Source: Fimicolochytrium jonesii
Taxonomy: Eukaryota
Length of the DNA stretch: 64,000 nt
Assembly: GCF_025526975.1 (NCBI RefSeq)
Contig: NW_026515683.1
Coordinates: forward strand, 434,001-498,000
Direction of reading: 5' to 3'
The notes beneath the pieces were generated by a model. It saw only the letters and a list, made by a program, of their open reading frames with translations. It was not told where the DNA came from and ran no database searches. Positions 41,553-54,701 of the stretch are shown piece after piece; positions within the stretch are counted from its first letter, which is position 1, and every line of letters starts with the position of its first letter. Made by a program: the position numbers and the translations under genes.

Positions 41553-41636
41553 TAGTCACGGTGAGTCACTATGAGTCACCCAGGCGATAGTCACGGTGAG
41601 TCACGCGCGTGTTAGTCACCGTGAGTCACTGTGACC
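41553..41636. promoter_or_regulatory. Cluster of TGAGTCA / GTCAC palindromic sites in the divergent PHO85-BFR1 promoter
   Basis: TAGTCAC(G/C)GTGAGTCAC three times (41553, 41588, 41613); four TGAGTCA in total. Confidence 0.6.
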
Positions 41637-41868
41637 AAACGCCTGGCCGCTTTCCGCTCTTTCCGCTCCTTCCCGTGGCCGTTCGCAGTTCGCCCTTCTT
41701 TCCTTTCCAACCCACCACCCAACCAACCCCCGGCTGAGCTCTCACTAACCCACAAAGGTAACAGGGTTACCCACTTCCTCCTGTGTTCGCCTTCACCCGG
41801 AGCATACGTCTTAACCCCCCGCTTCCGCCCTCTCCCCGCAGAGTTCTCGCTATCCGTCGTGATCAATA

Positions 41869-43578
41869 ATGTCCGTCGAAGAGATCGTCACTCCCGCCGC
41901 CCCCGCTGCCGCAACCGCCGGAAAGCAGGAGAGGCCCGTGAAGCCCGACCAAGCAACCTACGAAAAGACCCTCAAGGAAATAGACAACAACATTGAGACC
42001 CTCAAAAAGAAACACGCCGAGGCCCAACAGAAACTCAACGGCACCGACAATATCAACGACGCTTATGCTGACAGACGTAAAGAGTTCCGGACTGCTTTGG
42101 ATGATTTGATCAAGGAGAGCAATGCTATCAGAGATAACAGGCAGAAATTGATTGAGAAGCAGAAACAGATTCAGGAGGGGCTTCGCGCTAGGGTGAGTGA
42201 ACGAGAGAGAGCTGCGAGCGATGGAAAGTCCGAGCGAAGCGAGGAGAATGCGAGCGATAGCGATCCCAACTGGGCCGTAAGACCCAGGAATGCTTGAGGG
42301 TTCAGAGCGACAGCGAGGAGAATGCTTGAGTGCGGCGACGCCGAGCTAAGCGACGCAACCCAATTGGGCCGAAGGCTAAGAAATGCGGATCACATCCGTC
42401 CGACATCCTCGTCGCGAGCGGAGCGAGCAGGATATACATTGATCATTCCAGCAACCCAACACACTTGATTCTAACCACACTCCTTTTCTATATCTTAGAC
42501 AAACGAGAGCAAGTCGTCGAAGGACCGTTTGGGCTACAAGAGCGTAGAAGACGTCGAGAAGCAGATCCTCACCCTCGAGCGCCAACAGCAATCAGGCGAG
42601 CTCTCCCTCCTCGAAGAGAAACGCATCGTCGCTGAAATCTCCAACCTCAAGAAATCCAAAAAGATCCTCGAAGGTCTTGCTGGCCAGCAATCGTCCGTGG
42701 AAGCCGACAAAGCCCTCCTCGATGAGATCCGCAAGCAAGTCGATGCCCTCAACCCGGAACGCACCGCCCTGCAACAGAAGATCGACGCCGTGAAAGCAAA
42801 GTTGGCCGAAGTCGACACGGAACGCAAAGGCAAGCTGGGTACACTCAACGAGCTCCGCGACGACCGCAAAGCCGCCAAAGCTGAACTGGACGCCGAATTC
42901 GAGAAACGCCGCGCGTTGAAGGCCGAACACAAAAAGCTGAACGACGAGTGGTACGCCTTCCAGCGCGAGGAGCAGGCGCGGAAACGCGAGGTCTACCAGG
43001 CGAAGGTGCGTGAGGACCGCGAGGCGCGACTCGCTGTCCAGGCTGAACGCGAACGTGAGGCGGCCGAGATCCCGGCTTACACCGACGAGATCAACCAATG
43101 CATCACATTGATCCGTCTCCTTGACGGGTCCAAAGCCCCCTCCACCACCACTGTGACCACCCCGGCCGCCACCACCACCAACATCCGCAAAGTCTCCGCC
43201 CTCCCTGAAGGCGCGGTCCTCGTCAAAAAGCAAGAAGAGGACTTCATGGTCCTCGGCGGCGGCAAAAAGGGCAAAAAGGGCCCTAAACGCCCCACCACCT
43301 CCGACTCTCCCACCCCTGCAACAATAAAACCCTTCAAGCTCGACTTTGACATCATCGACCAGTTCCAGCGCTTGAAGATCACCCTCCCGACCTCCGCTGC
43401 CGACGTGCCTGAGGCAATCAAGGCGTTGGAGGAGAAAAAGAAGTGGTATGAGGATCACCAGGCTGAGGCGACTGAGAAGGCCAAGGCGGCGGCCGAGGCG
43501 AAGGTTGCGGCTTTGAGGAGGGGTGAGGAGAAGACTGTGGAGACGGCAGTGGAGGCTGAGGCTGTTGAGACGGCATGA
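41869..43578 (+). CDS. BFR1: Bfr1-like coiled-coil mRNP / nuclear segregation protein; intron 42193-42498
   Basis: RPVKPDQATY, GYKSVEDVEKQI..LE, SGELSLLEEKRIVAEISNLKK, IPAYTDEINQC, GGGKKGKK, LEEKKKWY..HQ. Confidence 0.85.
42213..42435 (+). repeat. Intronic hairpin repeat family, copy 3 (BFR1 intron; longest copy, with internally repeated modules)
   Basis: The 29 nt ACATCCTCGTCGCGAGCGGAGCGAGCAGG at 42403-42431 is identical to 59458-59486; repeated GAGCGA(A/CA)GCGAGGAGAATGC and CCCAAYTGGGCCG.A modules. Confidence 0.85.
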
Positions 43579-44562
43579 GCGGACCCTTTTATCAACGGAA
43601 CTGTCGTCACATGCAATCTATTTAGACGAAGAGACTTGTAGAACCTCCCTCCTAACCTAATGCAAATCCATGCATTTCTCACCACAACACATATTTGGAC
43701 GCATAATTAATTATTATGATTCTGATCTTTCAACTGATCCAAGTTGGCCTTTTCGTTCATTTATTCATTCCCCATTTTGGAGTCGGTTTTGTCAGTACAT
43801 GCAAGGTGCATCGTCGTCGGGAAGGGATGGAAAGCAGAGTGGATGCTGGCTGGAACCTTCCAAAGGGAAGGAATGTGTCAATAAACACGCTCGCGTACAC
43901 TTTAGAGGTCACGTGCTTTTGATTAGGTAACGCGCGTCACTCACGCGCTTCGAACACGGGCATGGCCTTCTGCGGGCAGAAGCAAAAGCAGATAGGCCTG
44001 TATACCGCCAGCCAACGCTACATATATGTATAGCGTTTTGAGTCCGCTGGCCCGTATCTCGTATACGTGACACCAGTCGCATACAGAGAACAAGGCGTTG
44101 ACTTGCTCCCGCTTCACCCATGGTCGGATATGCTCCATCGTCTTCGTTCCCGACCTAACCTGCTGGGGGAACCCTACACCGCCGAAGAACGCTAATGGGG
44201 ACGAGTGATTTACAGATGGCGCAGTTTGGGATGTGTTGGACTCCGAGCTCGTTGTGAGGGGCCTCTGATACAGGTTATATGACCGAATGGCCGCAATCTG
44301 AGGTTCTTCGTCGGATGAATCGGATGCATTAGTCGGAAACATCTGGATGGGCACATCCTCGCCGGGTCGTCTGTTAGCCTCTACTTGGGGAAGAGCACAT
44401 CGCTCTGCGAAAAACATGGTATTATGTATCGTAACGTAATATATGTACAGTATGCGAGGAGGGGTAAACAGTATGTTCCCACCAGTCCGTAGCGTGAACA
44501 AAGAAGGGGAGGGTGGGTAATACAGGATCGAAAATGTCCCATTTCCGTACCGCACGTCCGCT

Positions 44563-46729
44563 TCACACATAAAACCCCATAACAGCCAACTCGGCACACA
44601 GCACGGCGCAGCACGCAACAACAACCACGGGCGTGATCCTCACACACTTCCGCAGAAACATGCCCTGGCTGACCCGCACGCCGCGTTTCTCCAACAGCTG
44701 CGACCACATCAACCCCGCGAGCGATCCGATGAAGAGGAGGTTGGCGCCCAGGTTCGATCCAACGATCAGCGCAAACATGCCCCCGCGTCGGAGGGCATCC
44801 ACATGTGCGTGGTGGTCCTCCGCCTGGCCCACAATCCCCGCAACAGTCTCCGCGAACACCGGACTCCCGAACACCCGCGCGAACAGGATCGCCATCGGCA
44901 GGTTGTTCATCACGTTGCATGCCAGGGTGGTCACCGCCCCCGTGATGAAGACGATGGGGATCAGGTGGCCGCCGGCGGAGGTGTGGGCGAGGGCGCGCGC
45001 GAGGAGGGCGACCCAGCCGGTGTGGGAGAAGGCTTCGCAGAGGATGAACATGCCGAAGCAGAAGGGGATGAGGGGGTAGGGAAGGCGGAGGAGGATTTCG
45101 GGTGTTGTTGGGGGTGGGCGGTGGGTGGAGCTGGAGGTGGTGGGTCCAGTAGGAGGCATGTGAAGGTGGGTGGTTGAGGTGGGTGGGTGGAGCGAGGAGT
45201 CTTTGAGGGACGTGGCGCTGTCGTGGTGTGGTGGAGTGTGTGCTGGGGGAGGAGTGTGGTGGATACGGGATCGGGAGGCGGAGCGGGTGAGGACGCCGCG
45301 GTCGGAATAGGATGCAACGGCGGGCACGGCTTCCATTTCCACGTCCTCCTGGGGTTCGGTTCCGTTATCCGGGGTGGATGATGTCGTCGATGTCGTCGTC
45401 GTCGGTTGATCTGCGCGCTCCGCATCCCCTCCACCACCCCGTTTCCCTCCTCCGCCCCTTCCCCACCCAAACACATCCCCTCCAACATCCTTGACCAGCA
45501 TAACCCCTGCAAACGGCGCCGTGAGTATCCACACCGCCACATGCGCAAACAGCGGGACCACCATCAACGCCACCAAACACACGCCGAGGACCGCACACCC
45601 AAACACCGCGTCCCACTTGCGCTCCACCTTATACCGTTCCTCTGCTTCCGCGGGCGGTGGGGGGATGGTGGGCGGGATCAGGCTGCGCAGGGTGTAGTAG
45701 CACAAAATATAAGCTGTGAGCAATCCCGCGATCGTCGGCAAAATCATCCAAGCTGAGTACTGGAGGAAGTTGATATCATAAGCCTGAGCAACGATGATAT
45801 TCGTCGGGTTGCCAATGTACAGCGCCATAGACGCGATGTTGCAGGCGATGAATGTGGAGAAGAGGTAAGAGGTTGGGTCGGTTTTGGTTTCGGCGGTTAG
45901 GTAGCAGACGATGGGGGTTACGGTGAGCACGACGACGTCGTTGGAGGTGAAGATGGTCATGATGGTGCTGAGGATGTAGAGGTTGCGGAAGAGAGAAGTG
46001 CCGGATGCTCCGCCGCGTTTGGCGACTTGGAAGGCGACGTAGGCAAAGAAACCTGTTACGTCGATCGAGATGCAGATGTACGCTAGAAAAGGGGGGGAGA
46101 CGATGATCAGTTTGAGGTGGGTGTGAGATGGATGTGAGACATGAGATATTGCACGATGCATGTGAAAAACGACATCATGCTCATTCCGCTTACGGCAAGG
46201 ATGTTCGGGCGCTCGCCCACAGAACCCACGTTCCCGCTCGAGCACTTCAGGCTCGCTAACGGTCGCCAACCTCAAGCACTCCCATCCACACGCAACACCC
46301 CTCCCTCCACCGTTACTCACCCAAAGCAAAAACCAAAATAACAACCGAAAACGGCTGGATACTCGCAGGATCCCCTACAATCCCATCCCTCACGACCCCA
46401 CCATCAATGCTCGTCGTCGCCCACAGAATCAAGACACCAAGCACAGGCGCCGTCGCCAGATCCAACGCCAGTTTCATCGTATGTCTGTGTCTGTGGGGAG
46501 AGTCGACATTTTCGATTGTGATGTGATGCTCGTTACTCGTGGTATCGTTGGAAGCCTTTGTTGTCGTTGTGGTATCGGAAGCCGGCGTTGTGTCGCGGTG
46601 TCGACGAGGTAATCGCCGCGCGAGCGCGGCGGGAATGGGGATGTGGAAAGTGAGTGGGCGGATACAGAAGTAGATGACGACGACGAAGATAGCGAGGGTG
46701 ATGTAGGAGAAGGCGTTTAGGTCTGACAT
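44563..46729 (-). CDS. ArsB/NhaD-superfamily (arsenite/citrate-type) permease; intron 46083-46320
   Basis: LAYICISIDVTGFF, FTSNDVVVLTVTP, NIASMALYIGNPTNIIVAQ, CNVMNNLPMAIL, GSNLGAN...GSLAGLMW. Confidence 0.88.
46170..46280 (-). repeat. Intronic hairpin repeat family, copy 4 (permease intron, diverged)
   Basis: Minus strand GTGCTTGAGGTTGGCGACCGTTAGCGAGCC...AACATCCTTGCCGTAAGCGGAATGAGCATGATGTCG aligns with the CWH43 copy. Confidence 0.7.
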
Positions 46730-47336
46730 TGTGTTGGGAAATTCGCTGTGTGGAAACTAGGTGTTCCTCCTCTTTCGAAGTACACCCTCCCGAGGGCACT
46801 GCTATGCCATGGGACGGCCGGTAGTTATGGAGAAGGTGATGAAGCTGCGGGTTGCCTTGCCATACGTATGCGACGCCCAACCTTCCACCCGCATCAATGT
46901 TGCAAGCAGCACGGAAGGAGGCAGGGGGCTCTGTTTGTTGCCAACTTTTTGTGACGCTGGCTTGGCCGCCTGGGGGCTTCGCGAGAAACCTGCATCTGGG
47001 TGGAAAACGCGATCGCGATCTGAAAAGCCACTACCGCCGGTTCTCGCGCGTCCCCTTTTTGACGTCACTCTACTTATGCTGAGAACTTGACGACATCCAA
47101 ATACGTCCAGTACAGTACAAGCAGATGGCGTATAACGATCTTAAAAGAAGGCATGTGGTCAGGCGCATCCTCCTTGCTATTTAAAATGTTTTATGTATGG
47201 ACATGGCACATGCGGAATACGTGACTCCCGACCATCACATCTCTATGCTCCCTCCTGAGGTGTATCGCGCGTGCGACCGATCCGTGAAAGGGGGCTGATG
47301 TGGGGAAGGAGCAGGGGCCAAGCATCGCATTGGTGT

Positions 47337-49045
47337 TCATCGCATGTACGCCATCCGATTCCGCGTATCCCAAATGATATCGTTCCGTTTCTTTGCCGTG
47401 GGTACGACTATCGAGAGCAAGGGATTAATGCGTCGAAACAACAGATGTGTGCAAAATGAGAAACGGCTTTCAGGTGCATCTCAACGGCGCCATAACATCA
47501 AAATCCTGACATCCCCTAAACTCACCATACTCATTAACTGCATACCTCGACCTCACCTCCCTCTTCTTCCCTGGCCCCGCCCCTCCCCTCGCCCCCGGCG
47601 CAGCAGTGACCATCCCACCCACCCTTCGTGCCGCATTCCCCCCAAACCCCCCTCCCACCGTATTCGACATCGACGACACGGCACTACTACACCCACCATG
47701 CCGCATAGGCCCCCTCTCCCCATTGCGTACACTCCACGTCCACGGCCCGAGCCGTTGTAGGAACTCGTCGCGGGCCCAGCGGGCGCGGTGTTGGTGGAAG
47801 CGGGCGACCGGGTCGTGTTTGCGGGGTGGGGCGGGGTTTGGGTTGACGTAGATGACTGTATGAGGAAGCGAGGGGTGGTTTAGTATCAGGCTAGTAAAGC
47901 AAGATGGAAGGGTGACACTCGTACGTACATCCGGTGCGATAACGGGGATACCGCGACTCCTCGGCGACTGTGGTGAACGTCGGTGTGGTGATGTACGACG
48001 ACTCTTCATCCACATCCTCCTCTTCATCATCATCATCATACACCGCTTCCTCATCGCCCGTCGCCTCCTCCCCACTCGCATACTCCCTCGTGTACTCCTC
48101 GTCCTCGTCCCTAGACTCCTCCCCAGTCTCCCCAGTCCGAGCATCATCATCGTACGTCGCGTCATACTCCTCCTCTCCGTGATCATTCCTGGTTTGCCCC
48201 CTCGGTGCATATCCCCTCCCACCACCCCGTTCCCGCTCCCTTTGCTTAGCCACAGTTGCCTTAACCCTCGACAAATCCAGCGCGGCGAGCTGCTCGATGA
48301 TCGTCATTTGATACGTTGCTGGGTCCGCGGGCGGTAACTGCGATGCCGTCAATATGGATGATGGCTGTTCGCGTGGTGGTGGTCGTTGTGGTTGCGGGTG
48401 GTGGTGGGCGGAAGTGGAAGTGGAAGTGGTGGAAGTGGATCGAAGAGTAGAGGTGGTGGTGCGTGAAGCGGGTGCGCGGATTCGTTGTGGGTGTGGTTTG
48501 GGATTCTGTGCGCGTGTCGGTGGGTGTGTCGTCCCCGTTCTTATCACGTCCGCCTTGCCTCTCGGACGCACAGGCAAGACCTTCACACCCTCCTCTTCCT
48601 CCTCCTGCTCAACCCGCCACTTGACACCCCTCGCATTCCCATTTGCATTCCCATTCCGCTGTATCCCTTCCACACTCCGTTCACCCCCAACCTCCCATGC
48701 CTCCCACCTTTCACCCTCCCTCCGAATCTCCCTCCGTAACCTCTCCTCTTCATCAGTCACATTACCGCCATCACTTTCGTCTTCTCCATACTCTTCCCCA
48801 CTCCCATCCCCGTCCTCAACCTCCCTTAAAAACTCCTGCACCTCCTCCTTATACACAGTCTCCATCTCCGCCATAAACTCGTCCAGCATCCCCTCGGGCA
48901 GGGCTGTGGGTTGGAACCCTTGCGCGGCGAGATGGGCTAGGACGGTTTCTTTCGAGAGGGAAAGGGATGGGTGTGCGGATAAGGAGTGCGAGTGGGAATG
49001 CGAGTGGGAGGCGGAGGCGGAGGCGGAGGGGGCTGGAAGACGCAT
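47337..49045 (-). CDS. HYLS1: HYLS1-like centriole / basal-body protein, 3 exons
   Basis: N-terminal VLAHLAAQGF...LDEFM; RKHDPVARFHQHRARW; the last exon, missed by the ORF track, gives NEY/VVPTAKKRNDIIWDTR, matching the HYLS1 YxVPTxKKRxxLRW pattern as I recall it. Confidence 0.75.
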
Positions 49046-49588
49046 TTTAGTGGTGGGGGCGTGGTGATGACTTTCGAAGATCAACTCTGGGGGGGTCTTT
49101 TGGACAGCACAGTACTGTATATCGCGTCCCGATCGGCACGAATCTTTGGGTGGCGTCGGAAGCTCCCTTGGCGATGGGGTCTCTTTTCGCTCTTCGGGCG
49201 TCGCTGCCTCTATTCGGGGACCAGTTGCTTGCTGTTGGTTCTGGGCTGGGTGGGTCCCTCGTTTCTCGCGAAGGAGAAGAGTCCGAATGGGAGCGTGCGC
49301 CAACGGTCACAACGCGTGAGGAAACCGACGCTTTAAATGCGACAAGTGCACGTGTTTTCCATTCAATTCAATCCGCGCGCCAACTCAGGCCGTCATCGAG
49401 CGATGCGCACACCTGCACCCAATGAAGTTCATCTACAACGCAGTCCAGCCGCTCTCCCGCCCTGAACCTGAATCTGAAGGTCGACTCGAGTTCCGCAGTC
49501 CGCGGCCGCTTGCAAGAGTGTGGACGATAGTCTGAACTTCGAAGGGTCCCGGTCCCTTTTATTCGGGGACGAGGAGTACGCACTGCCA

Positions 49589-50336
49589 ATGCACACGATG
49601 AAGCGCGTATGGTGGTCGGAGAAGCTCAAAAGAACCATTCGAGACACGCAGTTCTCATCCAAGTTCAGGTATGACCGGAAAAGGGTGTCGTGCAGTTTGT
49701 TACAGGTGGCAAATCAACAACCTGAAATCTCTAGGAAGACGAACTGTGAGTTCATCTGCCGGGTGTACGTGGGAAAGTGGGGCCATCCTCCAGAAAGTCA
49801 GGAAAGCAGGTTCTCCAACTACAACAACTGGCCTCTGACGGGGTTTTGAATGGAAGAATTGGGCCTAGATACGGTTGTGGGAACGGTGGGTCTACTTTGC
49901 ATAACAAACAGATCTGACTTGTACACTACCGAACTCCATTCTCATAGGTGCTAGCCAGAATCGTACTCAAAGCCGGAATGGACGGCCGATACATCGAATG
50001 GGTACTCGGCGCCTCCGACGACGACATGTACCAAGCGTGCGGCGGGCTGTATGTCATTCAACCAGAGGAAACCACACAACGGGCACCTCTCGGCCGTCGA
50101 TGTGGCCATGGGGATCAATGACCCCTACTACCCGCGTCATTTTCACGGCGGAGTATGAAGAGTTCACAAATGCGTTTATGGCGGAGGCGGCCCCAGGAGC
50201 GGAATGGGAGTGGAAGGTGCATGGGAAGGTGATGCAGAAGTGGAGGGTGCGGTTCGAGACGAAGACCTCGGATCGCCCAATGGCGACGGCAGCGACGACG
50301 GGAGTGGTAGAGACGGTCACGCAGCAGTCGGATTGA
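49589..50336 (+). CDS. Small hypothetical or decayed gene
   Basis: Protein-like ORF pieces with plausible splice sites, but no recognisable motif and uncertain frame continuity. Confidence 0.25.
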
Positions 50337-50841
50337 ACGCGGTTGCGTTATCGTCTCTCTCGCCCTCGAAAACCATAGCTGTTGAGTACGTGAGCGCACG
50401 GCTGCCCTCCCCATATAAAGTTTTCGCGGGTTTAGCGCACCGATTGTAACGTACTGTAGTAACCTGTGACTTTGAAATATGATGAGAAGGAGTGTGAAAA
50501 AGGTCGCTCTGATGAGCCCTTTTCTGTGACGAAGAACATTCTTGTAAAGAAGGTAGAACCTTCGAAAGGGAAGAAGCCTCACGCGTCAGGACTCAGCAGT
50601 CAGGACTCAGGGGGTTGCGTCATCACTCTCTCGATCTGTTCGGCCCCTTCGCCACAAAGCAAGCATGCGCCTGGGAATTGTGCTGTAGTGAACAGAGAAA
50701 AACTGCCCACCCGCTACGGATATACAGTATATGGTCAGGGGCCTCTTACTGCGTACAAGCCAGTCGCATAGGCTGCTCTTTTTGACGACCGCACACGAAA
50801 CTCATCCAGCCCTCAAACTGAGAACCAGGTCGAAGATCACG

Positions 50842-52843
50842 ATGCCTTCTACACGAAACGAGGAACAACCAAAGGAGCACCATGTCAGTACAATTCCCCA
50901 TCCCGTTCTCACCTGGCATCCCAAAAGTCGCAGCGAAACTCACCACCGATCTCCTGATTTGCAGTCCCGCCTCCGCGATGCCGCCAACGCCATCCTGAAA
51001 CAAGTCCGAGCGACCGCCGCGGTGGTCGAAAAGGACTCGGAAGCCCACCAAATGCTACGAAAGTACAAAGGAAACGTGCACGGGTCCGGCTCCAACAGAC
51101 TCGCCCACATCCCCTCCATCGAACACCCCTCCAACACCGGGGTGATCTACGTGACGGACCGAGCGGCGGCAAAAGGGTGGAGCCAAACCAACAAGGAGTG
51201 GGGAAACTTTGGGCAGGGCGCCCCCGAGGTCGGGCATATTGAGGGAGGTGTTGACAAGCCGCTGACGATCAATATGCATGAGGAGGAGTTTGAGTATGCG
51301 CCCGTGGCTGGTGTGCAGGAACTCCGTGAAGCTGTTGCGAACCTGTATAATGAGCGATATCGCCGCGACCATGCGTCGAAGTATACCGCTAACAACGTCT
51401 GTATTGTCCCCGGCGGTCGCGCGGGGTTGACGCGGATTGCTGCGGTGCTGGGCGATGCGAATGTGGGGTTCTTTTTGCCGGATTATACCGCTTATGAGCA
51501 GCTTTTGACGGTATGTCATGTTGAGGCGCGCTTGGGGACGGGGATGTGTGCATGAGTGTGTGTGGACGTCCGTGCGTGTTAGGACGTATGTATATACATG
51601 GCCACTCGGCTTATCACACCCCAACGCCACCCCCAGATCTTCAAACGCTTCATCCCGATCCCTACGCCCCTCCGTCACCAAACAGACTTCCACATTTCCG
51701 CCGACCTGCTTCAGCGAGAAGTCTCGGAACGCGGCCTTGGTGTCATCGTCTGCAGCAACCCCGCCAACCCGACTGGGCAGGTCGTAAAAGGCGACGAGAT
51801 GAAGAAGTGGATCCAGATTGCTAAGGAGCAGCATTGCACGTTGGTTTTGGACGAGGTATGTGGAATTGGGTTTGGCGCCGCACATCGTTGCCACCTGGCT
51901 CTTGATGCATTCTTTTGGTTGGCGACTTTACTTCTCACCCGCCTTACAGTTTTACAGCTCGTACATATACCACGAGATCCCCGAAGATCTAGGCAAAAGC
52001 GTCTCCTCGGCGCAACACATTGAGGACGTCAACGCCGATCCCGTCATCATGTAAGAGCACACGATCTGAAATACACACCCTACCTATCTCCGACCTCTAA
52101 CGTCTACCCATGCACCCCCAGCGTCGACGGCCTAACCAAAAACTTCCGACTCCCCGGCTGGCGCGTCTGCTGGATTGTCGGTCCCGAAGAAGTCGTCTCC
52201 TCTCTACAATCCGCAGGCTCCTTCCTCGACGGCGGCACCAACCACGTCCTGCAGCGCGCGGCCATCCCACTGCTGGACCCGCAGCGCGTGGAGAAGGACG
52301 CGAAAGCCCTGCAGACTCATTTTAGGAAGAAGAGGGATTATGTCGTCAGGAGGTTGAGGGAGATGGGGTTCCCGATTGAGCGGCCGCCGAGTGCGACTTT
52401 CTATGTCTGGGTGAATTTGGAGAGGTTGCCGGAGGTGAGTTGGGCGGGTTGGGAGACGTGGAGACTGGGCGCAGGGTTACGTGGATGTCTTGAGTGCTGA
52501 TAGACGTCTCAAATGCCCCGTCCTATTCGCAGCCGCTCAACAACGGTCTCTCCTTCTTCGAAGAAGGTAAACCAAACCATCACTCAACCCCTGCTCCCCA
52601 TCCACCAAAACCTTGCCCCCTCTAACTCCCCCTTCTCCTCTTTCAGCCCTCTCCGAAAAAGTAATAGTAGTCCCCGGAATCTTCTTCGACATCAACCCCG
52701 GGCGACGCCGCGAGCTGTTCAACTCCCCGTTCCATCACTACCTCCGGCTCAGTTTCGGGCCGCCCATGGAGCAGCTGGAGAAAGGGTTGGATGGGATTGA
52801 GCGGTTGTTGAGGAAGCATGGGGTTGAGGCGGGGAGGGAGTAG
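50842..52843 (+). CDS. PLP-dependent class I/II aminotransferase, multi-exon
   Basis: TGVIYVTDRA, NFGQGAPE, NVCIVPGGRAGL, SNPANPTGQ, LDE/FYS, DGLTKNFRLPGWRVCW (PLP-binding Lys), PGIFFDINPG, LRLSFGPP. Confidence 0.92.
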
Positions 52844-54701
52844 ATAGATGGTGCGGGGGAGTGGGCGGCGTAGATGGGTTTGCCGTTTTGGGGTTGGGGA
52901 AGGGAGGGTTGGATAGGATGGGGGTGGGAGGTTGGGCTTTGAGCCTCCTGTCCGTCGCCACTTTCGGATAGCCTAGGGTATACGTAGTGTGAGGGTTGCG
53001 AAATGCAATGAGGTCACCCGAAAGTGAACACTGAAATTGACACCGGCGCCGAGCATTGCCCGCTGAAACAATTGATTGTATAACAGTGCGACTACGTGGG
53101 CTGTCTATCAATCTCCGCCATGGCGAGTATAAATCCTGCACCTCCAAATGTGTACTATCAACCTGCAACATAAGGGTGACAACAAGGGAACTGCGATCCT
53201 TTCTATAACGTTGATACACTAGACAGCGTGGTCGCTTCCAGGTAACGACGATACTGCATAGCCGATGCCGCGGGCGGAGCTTATATGGACAAGAATATCT
53301 ACCAAGCTGGCTTGATCGCTCCCTCCTCAGGCAAAGGCAGTAATAGACTCCAAAACCAACTCCCCTTTCGGACCCGTGCCTCCAATTCCAACCCCTAGTA
53401 GTCGAGTGAATGTGTATTCCCCGAATCGACCTCGGTCTAGTAGCCGCCGTTGTTGGATGTTCCCAAACCTTCGCCCCGAGGTCCTTGTACAGACGGCTGA
53501 GTCGTCTGACGATCCCCTCGATATTGTCCCCCCCTTCCATTTGATCTCCGCCGTAGAATCCTCCCGGGCGCAACAGGAATTTCGGTTGATATCAACTCTG
53601 CTTCTGGGTCCCATCTGCTCCACAGGACCGAGGTCGTGTGCGCCACGGCTCTCCACTCCCGAGAAAACCCACTTCGTTATTCTCGATCACAAATCGCTGC
53701 AGTGCTTCCAGAGCTTGGTAGGCCCTGGGCTGCTCCCAACGATATCCACATCACCGTCAGGCAGCCCTCCATGCCCACATTGGAGGTTGGGGCCCCATGA
53801 ATCACGGTGGAATCCCGTACACGCGCCTTCGCCAATTCTCATCTCCACGCTCGGCCCGGCGTGCATCAGACCGGTGCCTCGTCCGCAACGGCCCTCGTCG
53901 CCATCCCCGTGCTACATGCGAAAACGTATTGAAGACAGGCAGGCGCGAAACCCGACACCCACACCGCTTCGCAACACGTGACCTACGTCGTGATGAGTAC
54001 CGGGGGGGGGGGGGGGGGCGATGAACCTGCGACGAACGTAAAAGGGCTCTTATTCAAGTGTTGGGCGGTGCCGATCTTGGTTTCGGCCCGGTGTTGGAGG
54101 GAACAGAGAAACGAAAACGCGCGAGATAAACGTGCGCATCACGTGACCCGCAACAGACTGACGGCAGGAACAGTTTGCTGTCGGTATTTTTGCCCAACAG
54201 AGGTTGCATTTGCAGACATTTTGCTCAATGAATGCAAGAGGAGTGGTTGCGGGGCTTTCTGGGTAGGTCGGGAGACGGGGGTCTGAATGGCCGATGTACT
54301 GTATAACGTCGAAACTGAATTTTCAAAGCTGACGCCCCTCTCGCTCCGAACCCTGTTGCGACTGTCGACTCGGACGACCTGGGGGCAGGTCCATGTTGAT
54401 TACATTGTGCTTGACTTTATATCTTTGAATGAGGTTTCCCATCTTTCCTGCTTCGAGTGACTTTTGATGCAAACTGTCCATTTTGAGAGATGCTGGTGAA
54501 ATATATATTTACATAAGGGGTGACAGAACGACGCTCTAATGCGGTAATACGTCGGGAGTGGTACTGCTTCATGGTCTGACTCCCACATTTGATAAAGACT
54601 TCTGTCGGTAAGGGGAGAGGCTAGTCCAGGCCTTACGCAATGTCCATATCCCTTTGAGGAATGTTGACATCCAGCCGCTCGCGTCGAAATCGTACCAGTC
54701 T

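Noticed and set aside
41553..41636. Possible CRISPR-like array
   Set aside because: Eukaryotic context, 17-bp units with short irregular spacers, and no cas genes
42193..42498. Intronic repeat as a tRNA-derived SINE, snoRNA or hammerhead ribozyme
   Set aside because: I could not see a B-box (GTTCRA), consistent C/D or H/ACA boxes, or a CTGANGA/GAAA core across the copies
43941..44624. 227-aa minus-strand ORF after the permease
   Set aside because: Overlaps the permease 3' end and UTR and has no recognisable domain; a small gene cannot be fully excluded
52850..54650. ORFs of 200-270 aa between the aminotransferase and the hydrolase
   Set aside because: No motifs or coherent splice model; treated as intergenic
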